From positions 318,005 to 382,004 of the forward strand of contig PKTK01000001.1 of NCBI GenBank assembly GCA_002869165.1: 64,000 nucleotides of DNA. Direction: 5' to 3'. The stretch is from Candidatus Parcubacteria bacterium. GTDB lineage: Bacteria; Patescibacteriota; Patescibacteriia; Patescibacteriales; UBA12075. A program made the translations under genes and the position numbers. The notes below the pieces were generated by a model, which saw nothing but the letters and a program-made list of their open reading frames with translations, searched no databases and was not told where the DNA came from. Positions 62,881-64,000 of this stretch are shown here, in pieces; position 1 is the first letter of the stretch, and each line of letters begins with the position of its first letter.

Positions 62881-63630
62881 ATGGTTGAATTAATAAGCTC
62901 AGGAAATACTACGGTGATAACTGGTGACTATGGGGCCAGAAAGAAAAGGGAGAGAGGAATGGATAGTATAAATAGAACAGGAATTAGTATTGATGGTCTA
63001 ACAGAAGATGAGGTGAGGCGTCAACAAGAAAAGTATAAGGAAAATTTAAGAAAGGAAAAAGAAAAATACAGAAAAATTGCTGTAGGAATTTTTGAGGTCT
63101 TTGATCTTCTACGAACTCCTAGATCTGGCTGGAGACGCGTAGGTGTGCCACTCGCTATGATTGAAAATGTGGCTGAGCATGACTCTTTAACTGTTAAAAT
63201 TGGAATAATAATTGCAATTTTGGAAGGAGAAGATCCAGGTTTGACCGCATGTTCACTTGCGTTTCATGATTCGGGCGAATCAAGAACTGGAGATCCTGAT
63301 AAGATGTTCAAGCGATATTTCCCAAACAAAAAAGAAGCTGAAAAATTAGCTTTTTCTGATTTTACAGATTTTTTCCCTGGAGAAGTGAAAGAAAAATTAT
63401 TAAGTTACTTTAATAGATTTGAAGAGCAAAAAGAAATAATTGATAAAATCGGAAAAGACGCTGATTTGCTTCAAATGATATTCCAAGCAAGATATTTGGA
63501 AAGCATAGGATTTAAATTTGCTAAGTTATGGTATGAGAATTCTATACCGTTACTACACACTAAATCAGCCAAGAAGATTGCTGATGTTGCAATAAAGATA
63601 GATTTCTGGCAATGGTGTCTGGAAAAATAG
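62881..63630 (+). CDS. HD-domain phosphohydrolase (YfbR/HDDC2-like 5'-nucleotidase family)
   Basis: RSGWRRVGVP..ENVAEHD...AFHDSGESRTGD matches the H-HD-D pattern. The start may be an internal ATG. Confidence 0.65.
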   Translation: MVELISSGNTTVITGDYGARKKRERGMDSINRTGISIDGLTEDEVRRQQEKYKENLRKEKEKYRKIAVGIFEVFDLLRTPRSGWRRVGVPLAMIENVAEHDSLTVKIGIIIAILEGEDPGLTACSLAFHDSGESRTGDPDKMFKRYFPNKKEAEKLAFSDFTDFFPGEVKEKLLSYFNRFEEQKEIIDKIGKDADLLQMIFQARYLESIGFKFAKLWYENSIPLLHTKSAKKIADVAIKIDFWQWCLEK

Positions 63631-63641
63631 CAAAATCAATA

Positions 63642-63668
63642 AAACCCGTCGAAATGAGACGGGTTTTT
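63642..63668 (+). terminator. rho-independent terminator
   Basis: AAACCCGTC-GAAATGA-GACGGGTTT, then TT. Confidence 0.8.
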
Positions 63669-63704
63669 ATTTTGGTACTACGTATCGATACGTAGTACCA
63701 AAAT
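63669..63704. repeat. 36-bp perfect, spacerless palindrome
   Basis: ATTTTGGTACTACGTATC|GATACGTAGTACCAAAAT, directly abutting the preceding terminator. Confidence 0.95.
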
Positions 63705-64000
63705 CTTAAAGATATGTTTTCTATATTAAGTTATTTTTTGAATATCTTTTCAACCCGCTTGAGCATTTTTTCTTTTTCTTTGTCGCTTCGATGCCTCATT
63801 CCTGAAAAAGCGCAATGTTTTTGATTTTGAGTCCACAAAATTTAAATAAAGCAATTCCCCAAATTACATAATATGGCATACCCAGAAAAAAATACATAAT
63901 TTTAGGGCCATCTAATGATAGGAATACACTCGCACGCTTCCCTTTTAGAAGTCCCTCGGGTAGCTTATTGGAATACTATTTGCAAAACCTGATGTAAAAA

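Overview
This is an AT-rich, gene-dense bacterial chromosome segment with about 60 protein genes, one tRNA, no rRNA and no CRISPR array. Many small secreted or membrane proteins of unknown function, several domain fusions, PilT ATPases, a beta-propeller lipoprotein and sparse biosynthesis suggest a small-genome Patescibacteria/CPR-type organism. That placement is inference only. Recognisable housekeeping genes are two Hsp100/Clp ATPases (a canonical clpB behind a perfect CIRCE operator and a membrane-anchored variant), lepA, recJ, rnhA, miaA, miaB, greA, lysS fused to an HD hydrolase, rsmG, serS, gltX, def, fmt, dtd, queH, a Xer-type recombinase and two tandem pilT genes. Envelope-glycan genes include a WecA/MraY-family transferase, an O-antigen-ligase-like protein, a GT26-NUDIX fusion and a DUF368 protein. 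A compact chorismate-to-Phe/Tyr cluster holds pheA, tyrA fused to chorismate mutase, and an aminotransferase. The main observations are: (1) eight in-frame stop codons (TAA, TAG and TGA) interrupt seven otherwise intact genes, and no frameshift was seen; (2) a candidate aromatic-amino-acid attenuator (leader peptide ...NFWFYFYGF... plus mutually exclusive hairpins) lies upstream of the Phe/Tyr cluster; (3) a family of GC-rich hairpin/MITE-like elements with TTTGTCAT.../...ATGACAAAA ends fills the intergenic gaps of that cluster and other sites; (4) a ~0.8 kb non-coding region near the recombinase gene contains nested perfect palindromes; (5) a 26-bp copy of the tRNA-Glu 3' end lies 180 bp downstream of the tRNA, like an att scar; (6) three copies of an identical terminator plus extended -10 cassette punctuate a cluster of Cys-rich surface-protein genes. 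All homology calls come from reading the translations and recalling family motifs. No searches were run.
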